Shown piece after piece: positions 58,817 to 64,000 of a DNA stretch of 64,000 nt. Every line of letters starts with the position of its first letter. Position 1 is the first letter of the stretch. The stretch spans positions 224,001 through 288,000 of the forward strand of contig JBBRSP010000002.1 of NCBI GenBank assembly GCA_038245295.1, in the 5' to 3' direction. A program made the translations under genes and the position numbers. The notes beneath the pieces are model-generated. The model saw only the letters and a list, made by a program, of their open reading frames with translations. It was not told the origin of the DNA and did not search any database. This DNA comes from Candidatus Binatia bacterium (GTDB taxonomy: Bacteria; Desulfobacterota; Binatia; HRBIN30).

Positions 58817-60163
58817 TCAGCGCCCGGAGCGCAACCCCAAGGCGGCACTCATCGTGCGAAACAGATCCGTCTGATCCGTGATGCCGCTAACCCGTTCGGC
58901 AAACGGCCCGCGCGCCCCGACATGTACCTGCGTGCCTGTGTGGTTCTGATACCCCCCGGCCATGTTCGTGGCGTAGCCCAGGGTCATCTCCGCGCCTTCC
59001 TTCGTGATCAATGTGCTGAGGAGTCCGGGTGAGCTGCCGTAGTCACGCGGCGCGGGGACGATCTGACTGGTATGAGCATGATCACCGGTGACGATGACCA
59101 GCGTGTCGGGATGGGCATCGGCATAGGCCAGCACAACGGCAACCGCCGCGTCGAGAGCCACCGTCTCGCCGATCTGGCCGCACGGATCCGCCATGTGACC
59201 GCGTTTGTCGATCGAAGCTCCTTCGACTTGCAGAAAGAATCCGCTGTGACGCTTTTCCGCTTCGGCATCGAGCCAGCCCAGAGCTGCGGTTGTCATCGCC
59301 GCCAGGCTCGGCTCGTTCTCCGGCCGCAGCCCTTCTCGGCAGCGCTGTGGACCACTACCGGGGAAACGCGTTGCCAGTGCACCGTTCCATTCTGGGCTCA
59401 TATCGCCCTCGGCAAACAAGCCAAGGATGGGCTGTCCTGAGCGAACCTCCGCGAGTTCCGTTGCCTTGCCGACGACCGCGTATCCTTGCGCCGCGGCGGA
59501 TTCGAGCACGGTCTTTCCCTTGTCGGCGCCGCTCTGAATCGTTTGTGCGAAGCGTTTACGCCCGCCACCAAGCAGGATGCCGATATGATGATCGATGCTT
59601 TGCTCGGCAACCGAACCAGGGCCGTCGTTGATCTTGCTGAAGGCCGGACAGAGTTTCATGTCGGCTGGACCCTGGCAGCTTCGGAAATTGACGTGTGAGG
59701 CAAGTGCGGCCGGCGTCGCGTCGGTGAGCTCCGCCGTGGTGACGGAGCCGACCGGCAACCCGTCCTGCTGCGCTAACTCCAGGATCGTCGGCAAGATCGC
59801 ATCTGTCAAAGGCGCTGTAGAAAGGCGCCCATTGCTGGTCTTGTGACCGGTGCTCCACGCCGTCGCGCTGGCTGCCGAGTCGACGACATACTCTGGAAGG
59901 GGTGGGTCGGTCTCCTGGATTGCGTAGGTGGTATAGGCCCCGGTGAATGGCAATTGGTCCATCGCCAACCGACCCGCGGCGCCAACTTGGTAGTTGCGCG
60001 CGCTGGTGCGCTCCGAGTCGCTCATGCCGTCGCCGATCATCAGGATCACTTTGTTGTGCGTCGGTCGCATCGAGCCCGGCAAAAGGGTGCATCCCGGAAC
60101 GCTGCTGATGAGGACGAGAAGCGCCAGACGCGCTGCGACGACATTCGATGCGGCGTGCGACAT
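58817..60163 (-). CDS. phoA: Alkaline phosphatase (lipoprotein)
   Basis: IGDGM, DSAASATA, DATPA, FFLQVEGASIDK..H, VTGDHAH, HTGTQV. Confidence 0.92.
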   Translation of the reverse strand: MSHAASNVVAARLALLVLISSVPGCTLLPGSMRPTHNKVILMIGDGMSDSERTSARNYQVGAAGRLAMDQLPFTGAYTTYAIQETDPPLPEYVVDSAASATAWSTGHKTSNGRLSTAPLTDAILPTILELAQQDGLPVGSVTTAELTDATPAALASHVNFRSCQGPADMKLCPAFSKINDGPGSVAEQSIDHHIGILLGGGRKRFAQTIQSGADKGKTVLESAAAQGYAVVGKATELAEVRSGQPILGLFAEGDMSPEWNGALATRFPGSGPQRCREGLRPENEPSLAAMTTAALGWLDAEAEKRHSGFFLQVEGASIDKRGHMADPCGQIGETVALDAAVAVVLAYADAHPDTLVIVTGDHAHTSQIVPAPRDYGSSPGLLSTLITKEGAEMTLGYATNMAGGYQNHTGTQVHVGARGPFAERVSGITDQTDLFRTMSAALGLRSGR

Positions 60164-60238
60164 AAGGGCAGAAAATGACCGATCTCGCGTTGTCGGGCAA
60201 CGCCAGGCGAAGCCTAGCGACATGAGAAGCGACCGGGC

Positions 60239-60291
60239 GGTGCAGGGTGCCGGGTGCAGGGTTACCCTGAACCCCCAACCCCGCACCCTGA
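60239..60291. repeat. Inverted heptamer (GGTGCAG)n repeat
   Basis: ggtgcag ggtgccg ggtgcag .. ccctgaa cccccaa ccccgca ccctga; related run at 48002-48025. Confidence 0.65.
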
Positions 60292-60300
60292 TTCCGTCAT

Positions 60301-60603
60301 TCAGAACGTAAGCTTGTCGTTTGTCCTGCCGTTGCGGGCGTCGATGGCCGATTTCACCTGTAGGTAGCCCGGCCATCCATAGATGGGAATGAAACCGATC
60401 CAGAACTTCTTCTGCGGACAATCCTCGAACGGACCCCAATCCTTCAGGTACCACTCGCCGAGGCCCGGGTGCAGGATGGAGAGCCACATTGCCTTATAGG
60501 TACTGCGTCCATTGTGAGTCTTCTCCGCCGCCCAGCTGGCACTCGGCATGACCAGCAGGACGAAGAGCAACAGTGCCATCAGGCGAGGCGAGATCAACTT
60601 CAT
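60301..60603 (-). CDS. Small secreted/membrane hypothetical protein
   Basis: Signal peptide; LSILHPGLGEWY motif. Confidence 0.65.
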   Translation of the reverse strand: MKLISPRLMALLLFVLLVMPSASWAAEKTHNGRSTYKAMWLSILHPGLGEWYLKDWGPFEDCPQKKFWIGFIPIYGWPGYLQVKSAIDARNGRTNDKLTF

Positions 60604-60810
60604 GCGGGTTCCTTCTTTCATCCGTGTGCGATTGTAGGGGAGTTCCTACCGACCTCAAGAGTGAAACTTCGCGCCATAAATCGGCGCTCGGCGTTGATTC
60701 TATTGTGCAACGCCACGTGGGGCCGCCACCTTCGGGATGTGGTGAAAGAATGGAGTGAGGGTTCGTTGGCCGCTCCGTGGAACTCGATGAGTCCCATGAT
60801 CGTCGATAAT

Positions 60811-60903
60811 CGGAGCGCGCCACTCCATGGCGCCTGGAGACGGAACCTGACCCGCTACGGGGGGTGGATTCCCGCGATGGGCGCCACGGAGTGGCGCGCT
60901 CCG
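60811..60903. repeat. Inverted pair of GGAG-headed REP-like hairpins
   Basis: cggagcgcgccactccatggcgcc and ggcgccacggagtggcgcgctccg (1 mismatch). Confidence 0.8.
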
Positions 60904-60951
60904 CGATGGGATCCATCACTCGCCACCACAGGCTGGCGCCGTAAACTCGGG

Positions 60952-61506
60952 TTACCACAAAAAGGGGATCAGCCGTGCCACCTCGCGGCAGTAGGTCGCA
61001 TAGACGCTGCCGAGCTGGGCGTGCAGCCGTGCTTCCTCTTGCCGTGCGCGCATGACGATGGCCAGGAAGCAGAGTGCGTAGGTGGCGAAGAGGAGTGGGT
61101 AGGGGACCGCTACCAAGGGTGCCGCGCTAGCGACCAGGTACGAGAAGAAGAGTGGGTGTCGCACGACGCCGAAGGCGCCGTCGCGGTGAAACTCGAGCGG
61201 CGGATTGTCCGGATGGACACGCACCTTCAGTGGACTGATCAACGGACGCCCCCAGAACCAGAAGGCGACGGCGAAGGCGAAGACTCCTGCTGAGGCGCCA
61301 AGGCGCCACCAACTCAGTTCGACGAAACTCAATGCCAGGCAACACACGGTGCAGTGGATACCGAGGAGCGCCGGTGCGGCGGTTGTCCAACGGCGCTCTG
61401 ATGCTTGATACGACCGGCGCACCTCGAGGTAGCTCTCGGTGCGGAACCAGAACAATGGAATCCAACCGATCGCGAAGGCGATTGCCAACCAAAAGCCGTT
61501 GGTCAT
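60952..61506 (-). CDS. Isoprenylcysteine carboxyl/phospholipid methyltransferase family membrane protein
   Basis: GAFGVVRHPLF, EEARL..LGSVYATYCREVARLIP. Confidence 0.85.
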   Translation of the reverse strand: MTNGFWLAIAFAIGWIPLFWFRTESYLEVRRSYQASERRWTTAAPALLGIHCTVCCLALSFVELSWWRLGASAGVFAFAVAFWFWGRPLISPLKVRVHPDNPPLEFHRDGAFGVVRHPLFFSYLVASAAPLVAVPYPLLFATYALCFLAIVMRARQEEARLHAQLGSVYATYCREVARLIPFLW

Positions 61507-62501
61507 GGTACGGACACTTTCGCCGCCGGTGCCGCCTGCGGCCAGCGCAAGCCCGAAGTCAGGGCCAACAGCGCGGCGACGGTGAGCCAGAACGTTTCGT
61601 GCAGTCGCAATACGCCGCCGACGACAAAACCAACCTGCGGCGCCACCCCGATGGCACCCAACAATGCAACCTGGCTCGCCTCCAAGGCGCCCAGTGCGGC
61701 TGGGGACGGCGCGGCTCGGGCCAGTCCGCTACCGAGAATGACCATGCCCAGCTGCGGCAGCGACACGTCGATGCCGAACGCATGCAACAGCAACGCGTAT
61801 TGGCAGGCAATTGCCATCTCGATCAGTAGGCTCAGCCCAACCCCCTGCAGAAAAATCGCCGGCCGGTCGCGCAGCGTATCATGCAGGTGCTGCTCGACTC
61901 GTATCAACGCCTGCAGCAGTGGGCGTAAACGCGGAATCAGCCGCGTGAGCATCGCCACAGGCCGCGACATCGGTGCAATACCGAGATACAGCAACACGAC
62001 AATGGCCAGCAGAAATACCAGCAGCAGGGACATCGTTAGGGCCGTTGCTTCGAGTCTGGCCGCGGAGCCCGTCGAGTTCAGAGCGATGATCCCCATGTAC
62101 GTTACCGCGACGACCATGTTCCCCATTGCTTCGCAAAAGCGATCGAGGACGACACTCGCCCCCGCCATGGCTCCTGGAGATCCATCCGCGTGAAGCATGC
62201 CGATGCGCAATGAGTCTCCGGCAACACGTCCCGGCGGAATCAGAGACGAGACACCGTCGGCAATCACGCGCACTGTCAGGAAGCGGCGGATGGATGGAAC
62301 CGGGCCGAACGTCGCGGCGATGCGCTGCCAGCGGAAACTGTAGAGCAGGAGGACCGTGACGGACACACCGACGTAGAGCAGCAGCATCGCGACGTTGGCG
62401 CGTGCCACCGTCGCGGCCAGATCTGTCAGCCCGAAGTGTGCAATCAGGCCGGCGATGATTGCCAGGCCGGCGACAGCCGACAGGATTTGTCCAAGCCGCA
62501 T
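61503..62501 (-). CDS. Lysylphosphatidylglycerol synthase TM / UPF0104 flippase-like protein
   Basis: RW, PPGRVAGD, LDR, PAALGALE; multiple TM segments. Confidence 0.85.
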   Translation of the reverse strand: MRLGQILSAVAGLAIIAGLIAHFGLTDLAATVARANVAMLLLYVGVSVTVLLLYSFRWQRIAATFGPVPSIRRFLTVRVIADGVSSLIPPGRVAGDSLRIGMLHADGSPGAMAGASVVLDRFCEAMGNMVVAVTYMGIIALNSTGSAARLEATALTMSLLLVFLLAIVVLLYLGIAPMSRPVAMLTRLIPRLRPLLQALIRVEQHLHDTLRDRPAIFLQGVGLSLLIEMAIACQYALLLHAFGIDVSLPQLGMVILGSGLARAAPSPAALGALEASQVALLGAIGVAPQVGFVVGGVLRLHETFWLTVAALLALTSGLRWPQAAPAAKVSVP

Positions 62502-62505
62502 GGCG

Positions 62506-63378
62506 TCACCCTACCGCCGTCGGCGCGCTGATGACGTGCGGGAAGGCGGTGGCGATGGTGCTGAAGCGGCGGCGCGATAACAAACGCTCCAGGCGTTGCG
62601 GCAGCCGCGCGCGGCCGGCACGGATGAACCAGCGGCTGAATCCGGGCGCCGTCGGGGCATGTTCATCGAGCTCCCACGGATGCAGGTAGAAGACCCCAGG
62701 GCCAACCTCGTTCTCAAAGCGACGCACGAAGCGGTCGAACAACACGGAGGGTAAGAAACGCAAGCCGACCCCACTTGCCAAGGGCAGGTTCCAGAAGAAG
62801 CCGAAGTTCAGCAAGGCGACCGGAACTTCCCACAAGCCGTTGCGCAGCGGATAGGGCGCCCGCGGGGTGATGACATCGAGCCCCGGTGGCCGGTCGATGC
62901 CGAGAATGCTGGCGTCGTAACGCAGCCCAAGCTCGGCAAGAATCTCCACCGGCCAAAGGACATCGGCTTTGATGGAGAAGTACGGCGCGCGATATCCGTC
63001 GACCGCTTGCCCGGTGACCTGTTCGATCGCTTGCAGTGATCGCTGCGTATCTTCGTAGAACTCGCGACGCGTCAGCTCCATTACTTTGCGGTGCGCATAA
63101 CTGTGGCTGCCGATCTCGTGACCGGCCTTGGCGATCAAGTGCAGCAGGCGCGGATAGCGCTCGGCGACATCCCCGAGCACGAAGAACGTCGCGCGGGCAT
63201 CGGCCCGTGCCAGCAGCTCGAGCAAGTGTTCCGTGTTGGCCTCGATATGCTCGGCGATGCCCGGTGTCCACTGATTTCCATCGTGGTACCAGTCTTCGAG
63301 ATCAACACTGAGTGCATGTTGCGGCGCTGCCAGGCGCTGATCCGCCGCGTCTGCGGCGCCGCTCACCAAATCGTCCAC
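62506..63378 (-). CDS. Polysaccharide deacetylase with DUF3473-like C-terminus (start uncertain)
   Basis: SVDLEDWY, ATFFVLG, HEIGSHSYAH, GYRAPYFS, YLHPWELD. Confidence 0.9.
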   Translation of the reverse strand: MDDLVSGAADAADQRLAAPQHALSVDLEDWYHDGNQWTPGIAEHIEANTEHLLELLARADARATFFVLGDVAERYPRLLHLIAKAGHEIGSHSYAHRKVMELTRREFYEDTQRSLQAIEQVTGQAVDGYRAPYFSIKADVLWPVEILAELGLRYDASILGIDRPPGLDVITPRAPYPLRNGLWEVPVALLNFGFFWNLPLASGVGLRFLPSVLFDRFVRRFENEVGPGVFYLHPWELDEHAPTAPGFSRWFIRAGRARLPQRLERLLSRRRFSTIATAFPHVISAPTAVG

Positions 63379-63388
63379 CGGATGCGTC

Positions 63389-63712
63389 TTAGTGCGTGAT
63401 GCGGGGAATATCTGTCGCTTCCTGGATTGGCCCGAAGGTGGCCTCGTAACGCGCCAGATTTTCCTCGATGGCCTTGATGATGCGCCGCATGTGCTCGGGC
63501 GAAGTGATGACGCGCGAGCGCAGGTTGGCAACTCCCTCACCCTGGGGCGTGCGCTGTGGCTGCAAGAACAGGAAGTCGAGGATGAACTCTTCCTTGCGGT
63601 GGCTGATCATCATGAAGTTCGAATAGACGCCGCTGGCGTGCTGCGGATCGATCTGAATCTGAAAGTGATGTTGATGCGGTGCCGGTTGCCCGGGCTTATC
63701 GTCATCGGCCAT
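63389..63712 (-). CDS. DUF3467 family protein
   Basis: GVYSN..ISH..EEFILDF..RVITSPEHMRR..ENLARYEATFG. Confidence 0.9.
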   Translation of the reverse strand: MADDDKPGQPAPHQHHFQIQIDPQHASGVYSNFMMISHRKEEFILDFLFLQPQRTPQGEGVANLRSRVITSPEHMRRIIKAIEENLARYEATFGPIQEATDIPRITH

Positions 63713-63743
63713 GTTGTCCTCCTGACGTGTCTCTCTTCGCGGT

Positions 63744-64000
63744 TCATGTCTCGGCGCGCAAGGATCTTGCCCACTTCGCCGCCACCGCGGCGATCTCGTC
63801 CCACACCTCGGGACGCGAACGCTTCAGCGATTTGAGAACATCAAACGAGTGATCGCCGCCCTCAATGATGTGCAACTGCGCCAGACCGGGTCGCCGTTTG
63901 TCGATGACCCGTAATGTTTCCTGCAGCAGATCGAGCTGACACAACGAATCGCGGGTGCCGGCGACGAACAGCATTGGTACGTTGATCGTTTCGAGATGTT
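63744..64000 (-). CDS. Alpha/beta hydrolase, 3' part (5' end outside window)
   Basis: HLETINVPMLFVAGTRDSLC..IEGGDHSF. Confidence 0.85.
   Translation of the reverse strand, partial: HLETINVPMLFVAGTRDSLCQLDLLQETLRVIDKRRPGLAQLHIIEGGDHSFDVLKSLKRSRPEVWDEIAAVAAKWARSLRAET

Overview
GC-rich bacterial chromosome segment; gene content and repeat style suggest a deltaproteobacteria-like lineage such as Ca. Binatia (inference only). No rRNA, tRNA, CRISPR array, integrase or reverse transcriptase was recognised. From 1-14.4 kb: the end of a kdp operon with a split KdpD, a separate histidine kinase, a convergent sigma-54 response regulator and several enzymes. From 14.2-31 kb: an accessory region. A 200-bp duplication of the 3' end of a glycogen debranching gene brackets an 11.3-kb island. 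The island carries three tandem class III cyclase-STAND ATPase(-TPR) genes (one with TGA at a zinc-ribbon Cys, one truncated at a palindromic element), a BrnTA pair and a RAYT-like HUH/Y1 transposase between perfect 26-bp inverted repeats. It is followed by intact and broken toxin-antitoxin modules and stress genes. From 31-64 kb: mostly housekeeping or stress genes (yajQ, lolA, glpX, oxyR-katG, phoA), two orphan PD-(D/E)XK-fold proteins, and a CheA-like kinase lacking CheW that is coupled to a pseudokinase-TPR-WD40 protein. Intergenic regions hold many REP/MITE-like repeat families, including a nested MITE that inserts into a copy of its own internal hairpin.
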